A DNA stretch of 64,000 nt from Felis catus (lineage: Eukaryota). The notes under the pieces are model-generated. The model had not been told where the DNA came from, did not search any database, and saw only the letters and a program-made list of their open reading frames with translations. Shown here piece after piece: positions 1 through 13,910 of the stretch (within the stretch, counting starts at the first letter, position 1; every line of letters begins with the position of its first letter). The stretch lies in contig NC_058383.1 of NCBI RefSeq assembly GCF_018350175.1, positions 25,794,001 through 25,858,000 of the forward strand, in the 5' to 3' direction. A program made the translations under genes and the position numbers.

Positions 1-183
1 ACAGAGAGAGACAGAGCATGAATGGGGGAGGGTCAGAGAGAGAGGGAGACACAGAATCTGAAACAGGCTCCAGGCTCTGAGTGGTCAGCACAGAGCCTGA
101 CGCGGGGCTCGAACTCACGGACCGTGAGATCATGACCGGAGCCGAAGTCGGATGCTTAACCGACTGAGCCACCCAGGCGCCCC
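1..183 (-). mobile_element. Can-SINE (SINEC_Fc-like), cut by window edge
   Basis: Reverse complement of head GGGGCGCCTGGGTGGCTCAG, with (CT)n body. Confidence 0.92.
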
Positions 184-614
184 AGTCCCATTTAACATTT
201 AACAAATATTTTGCTTATTGATTTATTAATGGTATCTCATTAGAATTCATCTAATTTCTTCCTGGACAACCGTTTGCCGGCATGTTCACCTCAGGCTACT
301 TCTCCTACAGCAGCTCTGAGGAGAGTGTCAGCATGGAGATGTTTGGCCTCCGTGTAAGTCCACTGAGACCTTTCTCTGTGGCACCTCTGAAATCAAATCA
401 CCACCTCTGAAATCAAATCTAAACTAGTTCCATTGATGTTTAACACTCAGACTTGGGTAGAGACACGCTTTTACCTAGAATAGGAGCTTCATGTTTATTG
501 GAAGCTTCTTAACATTGATGTATGGCCAAAAAATTGGGGAGAATGTATACTTTTTAGCACAAGACACACAGGCCACTCTCATATGTATATTTGGTAAGAA
601 TTTTTCAAAGTACA

Positions 615-810
615 TCCTCTGGAAGGGCCACATGACAATATGGATCAGGAGCTTTAGGAAAGAACTCACCTTTTGACCCAGAAATTCCACTTCTAGAATT
701 TGTCCTACATAAACAACCAGACAATTGTGCAAAGATGGCTGCACAAAGATATGTATTACAGCATTTATTATAATAATGATAAACTGGGAATAACCAATAG
801 GAAAATGGCT
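615..810 (+). mobile_element. Old L1M fragment
   Basis: ttttgacccagaaattccacttctagaattt...cacaaagatatgtattacagcattt resembles the L1 ORF2 3' region. Confidence 0.6.
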
Positions 811-933
811 ACAAAAGACAAGTTTCAAAAGAAAAGGTTACTTCTAGCATATGTTAAGTGTCTATATGTTATTCTGTCTTCTAAGATTTTTCAAATTTTA
901 TATTTTTCATTTATTCACTTTAAAAACTTTTAA

Positions 934-1162
934 GGGGCGCCTGGGTGGCTCAGTCAGTTGAGTGTCCGACTTCGGCTCAGGTCACGATCTCGCAGTTCGT
1001 GAGTTCGAGCCCTACATCGGGTTCTGTGCTGACAGCTCAGAGCCTGGAGCCTGCTTCGAATTCTGTGTCTCCCTCTCTCTCTGCCCCTTCCCTGCTCATA
1101 CTCTGTCTCTCTCTGTCTCTCAAAAATGAATACATGTTAAAAAAAATTTTTTTTAAATTTTA
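934..1162 (+). mobile_element. Can-SINE
   Basis: tRNA-like head with A/B boxes, (CT)n, A-rich tail. Confidence 0.93.
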
Positions 1163-1714
1163 AGTCCCGTTTAGTTATCGTAACAGTGTTATATTAGTTT
1201 CAGGTGTACAATATAGTGACTTGACAGTTCCATACATGACTCAGTGCTCATCAAGATAAGTGTACTCTTAGTCCCCTTTACCTGTTTCACCCATCAAGAT
1301 TTTTAAGGTTTAGAAAGTTTTACAGCAAAATGCCAACAATGATTATTTTGGGGTAACAGTTTCAGCAATTCAAATATTTTTTTTTGCTCTAACTGAATTA
1401 TCTGAATTTTCTTTTTCTAAAACGAACATGTATTGCTCTCTGTATGTAAATAATATTATTTTTTAGGTAATACAGGCTAGTCGATCCAACATTAAAAGGC
1501 TGTAGAGTACTTTTCATGATAATTGCAAAAGAAGCTTTGGTAAAAATACTAAACCACTCTTTGAGATGTATTTTACAGAGAATCCTATTTCTGAGGTTTG
1601 GATGTTAGCTATAATACCCTCTGTTTCAAATTCATCTAACAGTTTTCCCATGGGCACTCTGCATCACAAAAATTCCCCACCAGGCCAAACGCCATAATTG
1701 CACAAGGCTCTTAC

Positions 1715-1799
1715 CAGATAGGCTCTCCAGAAGGACTGAATGATCAGCGCTGCCTCTCCTTCTGTCAGCAGGAGGGAGAGTGGCATTGCCGGCCGTGGG
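1715..1799 (-). CDS. IQCK: IQCK exon 7 (85 nt; (H)PRPAMPLSLLLTEGEAALIIQSFWRAYL), first part of the IQ calmodulin-binding motif
   Basis: Acceptor ttttattgcttttcag|C, donor CTG|gtaaga, phase 2 to 0. AAxxIQxxWR is an IQ-motif pattern. Further exons lie left of the window. Confidence 0.93.
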
Positions 1800-2293
1800 C
1801 TGAAAAGCAATAAAATGGTCATATGCCCCTGAGAATCCATCCTTCAGTCTCAGCAAGGCCTTTGACAACATAATGGCCTCTCTGATTAAGTGCCTCATCC
1901 ATTTCCATTCTTAGAAAGCAACAATGCCATTTTTGATAGAAAAGTTTAAGCTGGGTTAGCGTGTTTTGTCTTAAAATCGAAGATGGATTTTGTTTTGTTT
2001 TGCTTTTAACCAGCAAAATCTTAAATCACTATTAACCTGCTCTGCTTTGAAAGGCTCAGGTTGCTAAAGCTGCATGTTACTCCTAAAGGTGCCACATACA
2101 TAAGGCTGTGTAGACATAAAACAAGAGACACAGCAAGGGCGACTTTTAAATACTGCCTTATGACTGACACTTAATAAAGGGCTCTTTTTCCAACTTCCTA
2201 TGGACGGGAAATGAAAACAAAATATTGGCATTTATCTCTGATAAATTGTGTGCACATTACAATTTAATGTGGCTTAAATTCAAGCATATTTTT

Positions 2294-2538
2294 TAAAAAG
2301 AATGTTTCATTTATTTAAAACATTTTTAAAAATTTTTATTTACTTTTTGAGAGAGAGAGAGAGAGAGAGCAAGCATGAGTGGAGGAGGGGCAGAGAGAGA
2401 GGGAGACAGAATCTGAAGCAGGCTCCAGGCTCTGAGCTGTCAGCACAGTGCCTGACATGGGGCTCGAACTCACGGACTGTGAGATCATGACCTGAGCTGA
2501 AGTTGGACGCTCAACCAACTGAGCCACCCAGGCACCCC
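2294..2538 (-). mobile_element. Can-SINE with TSD aagcatattttt
   Basis: Direct repeats at 2282-2293 and 2539-2550. Confidence 0.93.
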
Positions 2539-3785
2539 AAGCATATTTTTAAGTTAAGTTCTGCTACTACATCTTAATAGGCAATAAAATATGTCAAGTG
2601 CTGGGTCAGCTGATACTGTTTGCTCTTTTTGGATTGTGCAGATTGTGATGGGATTTTTGATCACAGATACTACATTTAAAAATCACGGCTAAATGCTCTT
2701 TTCTTTTCTTTTCCCTAAAAGTTTCATAGAGATACTAACTCCTGAGAAGATCTTATGAGTATGACTTAATTCTGGTTCCTTATGTTTCTCTAAAGCACAG
2801 CTACCACTGAAAAGCCAAGTTAAGTCTTTTTAGATATAGTACAAACAAATGAACTTCTGGAAGTATGTGGGTCATAGAGGCTGATCTCAAGGCAAGAACC
2901 CTGGAAAGGACTTTGCAAGTGAGGGGTTCTTAAGTGCCCTCGCCTCAGAGCTCTCCCTAATAACAACCATCATTTGAATTTATACTAACTCCCATTGTGT
3001 AGAGAGGTTGACTAAGCTACCCAAGGTCATACAGCTTGTAGGTGGCCTAGTAGGGATCTGAGCCCAGACCCATCTGATCCCAAAGCCCAGGCTGCCCTCA
3101 CAATGCTCTGCTAACACCAGACCTCAACTGAGCAAACACTCGCAGATGCCCAGCTTGGCACCGAATGCAAAGCATTATCAGGCAATAATGTGTGATTCTC
3201 CAGGATGTGTGGTTTTATTTCCCCCTAAACTCTGACTTAAAAACAACAACAACCCACCCTTCATACAGTATATTTGTTTGAATGAACATGTGTGCTTTGA
3301 ATTATTCCAGAATCGAAGAAATCAAAGCCAGGAAGAACCTTGGGGGTATTAAGACCATTTCTAGGGAGCACAGTGTTGTTGCCAGGTTCTGGGTCTTGGG
3401 CTGGGCAGGTCCTTTCGAAGAGACCAAGTCAAGGACAGTCTTCTACTTCTTTGGAGAGATAATTACACCCTCAAAATGACAGAAACCTTTCCCTAACGTC
3501 CTGTTTCCATTTTCACTTGCATGATGTGGTGGCTTTTTTTATTTTTTATTGTTTTTGGTTCTGTTTTTGTTTTTCATTTCTTCTTACCTAATATCTGGCT
3601 TTCTGGGCTGCAATGGAGCATTCATATTTTGCTGGAGGCTTGCCACCAGAGACACATCGGCTCCCTGCTTTCCACATCAAATGTCTCTACTCATCCACTG
3701 TCCTTATTCTTTAAGTCTCAGTTGTGTGACACCAACAAATCACATCCCTGAAGCAATTCTCCTTCACTAGTTAAAAATCAATGGC

Positions 3786-4006
3786 GGGGCGCCTGGGTGG
3801 CGCAGTCGGTTAAGCGTCCGACTTCAGCCAGGCCACGATCTCGCGGTCCGGGAGTTCGAGCCCCGCGTTGGGCTCTGGGCTGATGGCTCAGAGCCTGGAT
3901 CCTGTTTCGGATTCTGTGTCTCCCTCTCTCTCTGCCCCTCCCCCGTTCGTGCTCTGTCTCTCTCTGTCCCAAAAATAAATAAACGTTGAAAAAAAAAAAA
4001 AGAATT
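3786..4006 (+). mobile_element. Young Can-SINE with TSD ttaaaaatcaatggc
   Basis: CpG-rich full-length copy; perfect repeats at 3771-3785 and 4007-4021. Confidence 0.95.
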
Positions 4007-7000
4007 TTAAAAATCAATGGCTTCTAGAGAGACCTTGGGGTTTCTAAGGAAACCTTGGTGTGTTGGCAATGGATTTATGAGACTAATATTATCATGCATT
4101 AATACTAGCTGATATTTACTGAGAGCTTTCTGGACTTCCTTCCTATCAGCCTGCCTCCTTGTGCTCCAGCCATGGTGGCCCTTTTCATCTCTTCAAAAGT
4201 GCCCTTCCACCCATGGTCTTTGCAGACCCTGCCTTTCCTCTGCCTCCAATATCCTCCTATCTGCAGCTGTATAGCTGTGCAGGTTGCTGCTTAAGGACAC
4301 CCAGCAGATGGGCCAGAGGGCACTGAAACCCAGCCCATGCTCTGCCAGCTAAGCCATGCTCATGGCCTGGGGTCACATCTGCCCTGGGGTAGGAGTACCT
4401 TTTCCTAACTTGCTCAAAATCTAAGGTTGGGGGTGAGAGGGCTGACACTCCTCCTGGTTCACTCTTAACTCTTTCTTCTGATCTCCATTCCAGTGTTATG
4501 GAAAAGTGTTTTTTGTTTAGGTTAGGACCCAGTGGAGCTCTGTGTAATTTTCCTTCCTAGTCCTTGGCCTAATTCAGAGATAGAAATCTGTGTGGTTATC
4601 TAATTAATGCCCTAATCCTCAGCCGGACTGCAGGCTCCAGGAGGGCAGAGACCAGGCCCGTGTCTGCGCCTCTTGGCAGTCCCAGCACTTAGGAATTATT
4701 CCAGAACCAGAGAAGTCAAAGCCAGAGAGAAATGACATTTCTAGTGGGTAGCTGATAAATGTTTGTGGAAGGAGCTCTCTGCCTGGCACAGTGTCCTAAG
4801 CACTTTCCATACATTATTTCATTAAATCCTCACAATCTTAGCAAGGATAATAAATAAAAGTAATATTAGCTGTGGTTATCCTTCTTTTAGAACAAAGAAA
4901 CTGAGGCACAGAGGTGTGAAGTGACTCATTCAAGGTCACAGACCATTTCCTGCTGAGAATCTTTTGGCCCAGGAAGCACAGGGAGTGGCCTAAAAGGGGA
5001 AGAGAAGACAGCTCAGAAGGTCACTGATGTGGAATTCAGGGTCTCGCAGCTGTGCGTGTTTAATAGAAGAAAACAAGGTCATTTGCCTTGAAGAAAAAAC
5101 TGGGGAGGGAGAAAAAAGCCGTAATCATAGAAGATGCCCTCTTCATTAATTCTTACAGTAATAACTTGGCAGGTATTCATTTGTCTGACGCTCCACAGGG
5201 AAATCCGATGTCAGGACAGCAGAACAAAGTGGAGTTTGTCACTTGTATCGGAGGGGAGATTTGATGGCGCCTTTCGGTTCGGCTGCAATTTCCCTGCCTT
5301 AAGTATGTTTTTCTCTACTGATGTCATGAAATCCTCAAAGTAACAGTATTCCTGTTTTGGAATAGCAGTAGGAAAGGAGACCTGCAAATCTGGGGACAAC
5401 AGGCTGGGCCAGCCCAACAAAGGGCTTTCACCAGTAATGAAACCTCGAACCACTTTGCATGACAATGAATCTCCAAAAAGCAAAATGAGATTTCTAATAG
5501 GCCTTTAAGCAGTAATATGAGGCCACCTTTAGTGACATCTTTGCTTTCATGGCTAAATAATGGGGTGCTGTCTAGTTCCCAAACCAAGAATAAGTGTGAG
5601 AGAGCCAAATGAAAAGGACTTAATCTTCTGAGTGTAGTCCCTGGGAATTATCAATCATTTCAGCAGGCCAGCGTGAAGGGATAGAAGCCATGTCAGGCCC
5701 TTTTCTCTCTTTTGGAATCAGTGCAACTGGCTTCAGGTCAAATAAAAATAGAGATCGAGTAGAGGCAGCTTCTCATCATTGGGGAACTGGGAAGGGGGAG
5801 GAGGTGCCATGTCAATCACAGGAGAAGGCGGGCAGACTCCCTCCTCAAGGGCTTACATGGGACATAACCCAGAGCAGACAGGTTTGCATGTTTCAACGGG
5901 CAAAACAGTATCACTGAGTATGTTTCCAAGACTTATTTCACTGGTCATGCTCATTTGTCATGTCTTTTTCCTTTTTTCTTAAATGTGAATCAAATATATT
6001 TGAACATAGGAATCGATGCTATAATTCTGAGAAAGAACAAGCATTTATTTTTCTGATTCTCTGTGTATGCATAAACACACACACAATTCTTTCCCCCTTT
6101 TTGGGTGCTAAGGAAAAGATTTGCAGGACCTAAAAGAGATACAGCACGATTTCAAAATATATAAGGGACTCTGAAAAGTTCATCTTTGTTAATTTCTACA
6201 TCCAGTTCTAAAACAAGAGGGACCATCCTAAAGTGGCACTTAAACAAAATAAAGCAGAAAGCAGAAAAGCTTGCTTTATATTGAAACTTGAATCTTGGAA
6301 TCCAAATTCTATCCACTTTTCATTAGGTAAGAGACTAAGTTGTTTTCTTGGAACACGAAAGCACAACCCTGATGCCAAGCCATTTACAAAATGACACAGG
6401 CCCTAAATCAATCATGATTTATAAAGCCTTTCTAGGGCCTAAGTATTTAATAACAACTACCCATCCTATCCAGCAAAAGAGATTATCCAGTCCCTGCCCG
6501 GCCTTAACTGGTTTCCCAAACATTCTGTGTTAGAGGCATCATCAGTCTTGAGTAATAAATTTCAAATATTTGGAAGAAATACAACAAAGGTTATCTGGAA
6601 TGACGCACCCAGATATATGGTGACCAGCCATTAGGATGGAATCTCATAGGATTTTCTGTGATGTCAGGAACAACTCTGAAAATCAGTAGGGTAGAGCCAG
6701 CTGCATTACTCTCTAGCGGCCTTAAAGTGCATTCAGAAACCATGGTTACTAGGATGTGATCTGGCTTCTGCCCCCTCACTAATCACCCTGAGAGACTCAC
6801 AAGCAGGTATTACCCTGGCATCAAGCTGAATCACTCTCCTAAGTTAAACCCAGAATCGAATCCCATCTTACCAGCCCCATCACTGGACGTCGCATATGGG
6901 TCTAGCCAACAGAGCTCACCTAAGAATGAGACAAGGCCAGGTGCCCACCCTGTAAAGTATAACCGTGTTGAAAGTCAGGGTTGTGATACTTGATGCGTTT

Positions 7001-7202
7001 TGATAAACGGGTCCAGGTTGCCGTGTTGTTTAGTCTCTTTGTAATGGATTACATGTTTTCTTTAACGTGACTCAACGAAAACCTGAGGGAGACCTGCCTC
7101 CTTCCCAATATCCCTTTTCCCCCTCCAGAGAGTGAGCCTGAGCAAGGGTGGGTGTATCAGAAGAGCAGACCACCTCCCTCTTCACGGCTTCCAAATCTCT
7201 GG

Positions 7203-8112
7203 CAGGGGATCTTAACTTGGTTTGTGTCCTAGATCCCTTTTTACACTGGCAGTTTGGATTTCTTTTCTAAATAACATATAGTTTTTTAATTTGAGAGAGA
7301 GAGAGGGAGAGAGTACACAAGTGGCGAGGGCGAGGGGGCAGGCAGAAGGAGGTGCGAGAATCTCAAGCAGGCTCCAAACTCTGACATGGGGCTCACTCCA
7401 ACGACCCTGGGATCATGACCTGAGCTGAAACCAAGAGTCGGACACTCAAGTTACTGAGCCATCCAGGCACATCGCTGCCCCCCCCCAAATAATACTTTTT
7501 TTTAAATATGAAAGTAAATATATAAGATTTCAAAGCAAACCAATTATACTGGAATACAGTTTTCAAAATACTAAAAAAAAAGACCAAAAACAGGTGGTGG
7601 GTCACCTGGGTGGCTCAGTCAGTTAAGTGTCCAACTCTTGATTTTGGCTCAGGTCATGATCTTGCAGTTCCTGAGTTCCAGCCCCTAATGGGCTCTGCAC
7701 TGATGGCATGGAGCCTGCTTGGGATTCTCTCTCTCAGCCCCTTCCCTGCTTATGTGTGCGCATGTGCTCTCTCTCTCTCTCAAAATAAATAAAGAACAAA
7801 ACAAAACCAGGAGGTGACATAATAACATATGTGTTTCTAGAGTATGCAGTAAATAGGAGGAGCTAATGGCATGTCAATTACCTGCTGTAATTTAGAAGAA
7901 GTGACATGTGTAAATGATACTTCAAGACCATTGCAACTACTGTATCGGGATGCGAAAAAATCTGATCACTATTAGTGACCAAGACACAGGTACCATGGAC
8001 TCTTCTGAAGCTCGTTGCCCATGCTCGTAATTAAAAGTGGGGCTACATTTCAGTTAAAGGGTAATGAAAATAGAGAGGCAATGTGTCCACCTTCCAAGTT
8101 CAGGGACCCCCG
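7203..8112. mobile_element. hAT-Charlie-like DNA transposon relic (MER119-like) interrupted by two Can-SINEs (about 7280-7472 minus, 7600-7800 plus)
   Basis: caggggatcttaac...gatcccttt start and ggacccc end resemble Charlie-family termini. The SINE heads and tails are clear; the host family is less certain. Confidence 0.55.
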
Positions 8113-8439
8113 AGTCACTGACAGCATGGCTGGAGCTAGGGAAAGGGGAGAAGACGAGGTTTACATCCAGGATGAGACTGAGAACTAAAGATTTAAAACT
8201 AAACAGGATGAATTCAAACAGTGAAATGAGACCATCTAAAAACAGAGAGTGACCAGGAAGTTAGGGAATTCGGCCAAAAAGTTATTTAAATGGCTGCCTC
8301 CCAGACAGAAGGGAGACCCACCGTGATACAGTGGGTCAGTTAGTGGGGAAAAAATAAAAAGAAAGCTTCATATTTTTACTCCCCAAAACTTGGGATTTAT
8401 CCATAAAGCCGTTAAATTTTCAAAACAGAACTCTAATTT

Positions 8440-8755
8440 CTGCCACTCCATTTCAGTAACTGGCTCCTCATTCAGCCAGTTGCTCAGGCCTGAAATCTCC
8501 AAGCCATGTTTGACTTCTCTCTCACCACACATTCAATCCATCAACAAGTCTTGGTTCCAGCATCAAAATATCCCAAATACAACCTCTTCATGCCTCCTGA
8601 ACTCTGAGCTGCCATTATCTCCTGCCTACAGTAGCCTCCCCACTGACCACTTGCATTGTTAGAGGTGACTGAAGTCAACTTCCCCGCTAGCCACCAGAGT
8701 AATCTTCTTATTTATTTATTTTTAAATGTGTATTTATTTATTTTGGGGGGGGAGG

Positions 8756-8803
<48 letters not shown>

Positions 8804-9527
8804 CCCAAGCAGGCTCCACGCTGCCAGCACAGAGCTGGACCTGGGCTGGATCTCACAAACCATGAGATCATGACCTGAGAAGAAATCAAGAGTCGGACCT
8901 TAACCCCAACTGAACAACCCAAGTGCCCCCATAGTGATCTTTTGTAAAAGATAAATCAGATTCCCTCGATCTTCTCCTAAAAACCCTCTGATAGTTTTCT
9001 ATCACACTCAGAGGAAAAAAGTTAATCTTTACCATGGTACCCAAAGGCCCACCCAACCTGGGCACAACCTAGCCCACTGTTCTGGCTTCACTGTCCACCC
9101 GGCTTTGGCCTCCCTCATCTCCTCGTCTCACTAGCCAAGTCTGTTCCCTCTCTCAAGGGCCTTCAGAGTGGCTGTTCTCTCCACCTGGAACACTCCTCCT
9201 TCTGATCTTTGTAAGGTTGGCTTACAGACCCCTGTGCAAATGTTTCCTGTTTAAAGAAGTGCATCTTCCCTGGCTTCTCTAAACACCGGCAGCTCTCACC
9301 CCAGCCCTGGGATGCTCTATCCACTTACGCTGCTTCATTTTTCCTCAGAGCACTTGGGTCTTCTTTACATTATGCAATATGCTTATCTGTTAGCTTAGTT
9401 ATTGTCTTTATACTAAAATGTAAACTCTATGGGGGCCAAGACTTTCTCTTGTTCTCCACTCTATCTATGGTACCGAGAAAAGTACCTGGAAAAGAGTAGG
9501 CATTCAGTAAGTGTTTTTGAATGAATG
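8440..9527 (+). mobile_element. L2 LINE 3' relic interrupted by a minus-strand Can-SINE (about 8708-8930, long (AG)n)
   Basis: L2-type 3' end gagtaggcattcagtaagtgtttttgaatgaatg; SINE consensus match. Confidence 0.7.
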
Positions 9528-10237
9528 CATATTATTATAGATAAGAAAACAGAGAACTTTCTTTAATGTCAGGATTTATCAGTGGCGGAGCAGATATTTG
9601 GTCCTTCTCTTGCTTGGTTATTCTGCCCTCCACGTTTCATACCACTAAAGTAGTGACTGCCATTCTCCTCAGATTAAGGACACAATAAAAGGTCTTCTTT
9701 GGAGACCTCCTATGAGCCCTCGGCAATGGATGTCTTTAATTTTCATCTGCTCAACAGACCCTGCCCCTTCTTGTGGTATCTATCAGCCCTCAGATTTTGC
9801 TTTGACAGCTCCGCCTCCCTGTGCTGGGGGGTGGGGAACGTGGGTCACAGCACCTCACCCTCCAGTAACCGAGGGGTGTACCTGACAGCCAAGCTTAGCC
9901 AAACAGATGTGGTTTCCCTAGAATGTGAATCTTGAGTGGACCGGCAGAGACTATAGTATTCTTCCCGGCACTGTTGTCTAGAAAACATGGGTCTATGATT
10001 CCTGGATCACCACACCTGCTTTCTAAGGCCAGGTCCTTGCCTTTTCCTTCACGTTTGTGAGTAATCATTTTTTTCTTTCAGTATATACCCTTTTCCTTAA
10101 GTAGCCTTTAAATTTCTGTTGCTTGTGACAATTTCTCTGATACCATCTTAGACCTCACGGCAACCCTGCAAGGTCATCCCCAAGTAACAGGAGAGAGGAG
10201 CACGGCTGGTGAAGGGATTATTTCCAGATTGCCCGAC

Positions 10238-10673
10238 TGTGGCAGGCTATATAACAGTTCCCCAAGATGTCCTCATTCAATCCCCAGACTCTTGAATGGA
10301 TACGTCCCCTTATATGGCAAAAGGGACTTTGTAGAAGAAAAGGATTTCGAGATTATCCCAGATTATCTAGGTGGGCCAATGATGTAGTCCCAAGGATCTT
10401 TGTGACAGGGATGCAGCCGCAGATGGCACCACAGGAGTAGCTGTGATGATGGACACCAGAGGTCAGAGTGAGGCAAAGAAGGGGCCATGGGCCCTCCAGA
10501 GTACAGGCAGCCTCCAGAAACCAGAGAAGGCGAGAAAACAAATCCTCCTCTAGAGGCTCTGGAAGGAATTGGTTTTACACTTCTAGCCCCGAGAACTGTA
10601 AGAGACGACACCTGTGTTGTTTTGAGCCATCAGTTTTGTGGTAATTTATTAAGCAGCTATGGGAAACTAATAC
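10238..10673 (+). mobile_element. MLT1-family (ERVL-MaLR) solo LTR
   Basis: tgtggcaggc start; ccttatatggcaaaagggactttg; gattatctaggtgggcc; end tgtggtaatttattaagcagctatgggaaactaatac. Confidence 0.8.
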
Positions 10674-11726
10674 CCCAACTAATAAATGGCAGAGCTCAGG
10701 CTGGAACACATGCTGCCTCCAACAGGCTCTCTGGGCTTGTTACCAAAGAGTCACCTAGAAACAACAGGAAGAAAGGAAGGAAGCAGGACTGTGTGCCGCA
10801 GAGAAAAGGGCTACCCACATGCCAAACCTCCAGCGAGAAAGAAGCACATAGCGGACTTATGCATCCCAGCGTGTCCTGAATTCAGGAAACAGCTCTCCTT
10901 CCTTCCTATTTGAAGACAAATGCTAATATAAAGAGCAAAGTTGATTTATTATCCTCATGAGGCTCCTAGCCTCTGAAGTTACCCATCTATAAGACAAAAT
11001 AAAATTAAAAGATTTTTTTCCTTTCAACAGGGCACGACAGCAAATTTACTGCCATGCCACCTTTTAATTATGATCCTTAGTGCAACATGCATGCTGTTTC
11101 CTGTGCCATTTAGGAGGCACGAACATTTTCCTTCAGATTATTAACCTTCTTGCAAACAGACCATCATACGAATGGCTGGTGCTTGTCCTCAAATGGCACG
11201 GTGACACTTTTGTTTTCACCTCAGCTTTTGGTCATAAGATACCTTTCATCGACATGAAAGTATTGTAGATTTTTTTCTTTTTCTTTTTTTTTGTCCACGG
11301 GCTGAAATTTGCTGAAAAGACATTTCACCCAAAGCAAGCTTTTCTAAAACACAATCTTTGTTTCATTGAAGGTCTCAGCTTTAATGATGTCTTTCATGAG
11401 CCTTCTCCCCTGAGACATGGGACCAGATAGACAGCAGGGCACTTTTGTTCCTTGTGCTTGTGTAGTGATTTCTTTTTGCAAATGTATCTGACCAATTCCT
11501 TTTGGTCAAAATAAAAGTGAAACTTTTTTTGTTCTCAATATGATAGCAAATAATTTCCTTGTTTCCGATTGGCTGGTTGAGTCACGACTCTATTATAACA
11601 AAAAAGAGGATGATGCCAGATTCATAAATAGGAGGAAAGGCATCAGAAGATATGATGTAACCCACCGCTGTTGAAAGGTAGGGAAGAAAACACCCTCATT
11701 AAGCTCTCATGAGAGCATGTAGCACA

Positions 11727-12110
11727 TTGTGTTATTGGTCCCAGTTATTACTCTTCTCCCTGGAAAAAAAGAACTGTATATCTCTGCTCTGCCATATGCC
11801 TTGCAGTCTTTGCCGGGGGTGGTGTCAACCTCCCTGTAGCACTGCTATTTGGCTTGGCCATGGACTTGTATCGGCCAATGAAACGTGAGCAGAAGTAAGG
11901 TTTGCCACTGCGTAGAGGGGCCATTGCCCTTCTCTCTCTGCCATGAGAGGGAGGGAGGGGGCTGTTCCTTCAGCCTGGGTCCCAGAATGAAAAGGGACAT
12001 GGAGCTGAGCCAAAAGTGATATGCAGCTAACATAAAAAAGGGGGAAGAAGAAACATTTGACATTGTAAGGCACTGAGATTTGAGGGTTGTTTAGCAACAG
12101 AACCTAGACA
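11727..12110 (+). mobile_element. Old MLT1-like LTR
   Basis: ttggccatggacttgtatcggccaatgaaacgtgagcagaagt and a 3' end gcactgagatttgagggttgtttagcaacag. Confidence 0.6.
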
Positions 12111-12178
12111 AAGCTAAGTTGGAATACTGGAGGCTAGTTGGGGCAATACCATGTCAGAGCACATATCAGGACTCTTTC

Positions 12179-12390
12179 TTTTTTTTCTTTTTTTTTTTTT
12201 TTTTGAGACAGAGACAGACAGAGCATGAACAGGGGAAGGGCAGAGAGAGAGGGAGACACAGAATCCGAAGCAGGCTCCAGGCTCTGAGCCATCAGCCCAG
12301 AGCCCGACGCGGGGCTCGAACTCACGGACCGCGAGATCGTGACCTGGCTGAAGTCGGATGCTTAACCGACTGCGCCACCCAGGTGCCCCC
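12179..12390 (-). mobile_element. Young Can-SINE with 15-bp TSD tatcaggactctttc
   Basis: Repeats at 12164-12178 and 12392-12406. Confidence 0.95.
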
Positions 12391-12433
12391 GTATCAGGAC
12401 TCTTTCATTTGCAAGTAATAGAAACCTACCTCA

Positions 12434-12558
12434 GGGCACCTGGGTGACACAGTCAATTAAGTGTCCAACTCTTGATTTCGCCTTAGGTCATGATCTCATG
12501 GTTCGTGGGTTCTAGCCCTGCATCAGGCTCTTCACTGACAGCAGAGAGCCTGCTTGGG

Positions 12559-12594
<36 letters not shown>

Positions 12595-12655
12595 CCTCCC
12601 CCACTTGTGCATGCTCTCTCAAACATAATAAAATAAGATAGATAAAACTTAAAAA
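12434..12655 (+). mobile_element. Can-SINE (older)
   Basis: Head gggcacctgggtgacacag, (CT)n, degenerate TSD agaaacctacctc / agaaacctaactc. Confidence 0.9.
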
Positions 12656-13239
12656 CAAAGAAACCTAACTCAAACTGGCTTAAGCAAAAAAAAAATAATA
12701 ATAATTAAAAAAAAAAAAAAGGATTAACTAAGAGGGAAGGGATAGAGTCAGCTTTAGGCATGGCCAGATAGAGAGGCCCAAAACAATGCCATAGAAACTC
12801 AGGCTCCGGCCACCTCTCAGTTCCACTATTATCTCGGGCACAACCTCTTTAGGTGCTTGCCCTCAGCAGCTCAAGGCTTATGACTTCAAAGCTCCAAGTC
12901 TAGAGGAAAAGAGACAGTCTAAAGTAAGTCTAAAGGAAAAGAGCTTCCTGGTTGCTTCCTAAAAAAATCTTGGGGTTATTGGTGACTCAAACAATTTGGG
13001 AGCAACTATAGTAGTCGGGGATTCAATGGTCTGACTGTCGAGGCCTGGGTCACATCCCCAACCCAGAGCCAGAGGGGGAATCAGCTCACTGTCCACATGG
13101 ACTGAGAACAGGAGAAACGTGATCCTCTCAGTGTCACATGGAGTTCTGTACCCAGAGGAGGGAGAGGAAATCAATGCAGGGTGGGGAAAAACATAAATGT
13201 CTACCACAGGAAGAAATGGAATAAAAAGAAGTAGAACAG

Positions 13240-13442
13240 AGGTGCCTGGGTGGCTCAGTCAGTTAAGTGTCTGACTCTTGATTTCGGCTCCAGTCATGAT
13301 CTCATGTTTTGTGAGATCGAGCCACGCATCAGGGTCTGCTAATAGCACAGAGCCTGCTTGGGATTCCCTCTCTCTCACTTTCTTTTTGCCCCTCCCCACT
13401 CTCTCTCTATGTCTCTCAAATAAACTTTAAAAATTTTTTTGA
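13240..13442 (+). mobile_element. Can-SINE
   Basis: Consensus head and tail. Confidence 0.9.
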
Positions 13443-13719
13443 AAAGTAGAATAAATACCCTTTAGTTTTGTAATTGTTTTTAATTCTTAAAGTAACTCTG
13501 TAGACAATATGAAAGCTACAAAATAATTTAGAAGACAAAATAAAAGCCGTGTTCCTGACTTTGGAGTGAAACATCCTTTTGAAAGATTTTTACATGTAGA
13601 GTTATTTAATTCTATGATTATCCTTGATTTTAAACATTTCCTTTTCACTGTATAGTTTAACAAATATGTTTATTTTCTTTGTGATAAATCTTAGTTATCT
13701 TTATAAACCTAAGAAAAAA

Positions 13720-13910
13720 TATTTTTTAATGTTTATTTATTTATTTTGAGGCGGGCAGGGGCAGAGAGAGGAGAGAAAGAGAATCTCAAGCAGGCTTTGT
13801 GCGGTCAGCACAGATCCTGACAAGGGGCTCGAACCCATGAACTGTGACATCATGATCTGAGCTGAAACCAAGAGTCAGACGCTTAACTGTCTGACCCACA
13901 CAGGTTTCCC
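13720..13910 (-). mobile_element. Can-SINE with TSD acctaagaaaaaa
   Basis: Consensus body and flanking direct repeat. Confidence 0.9.
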
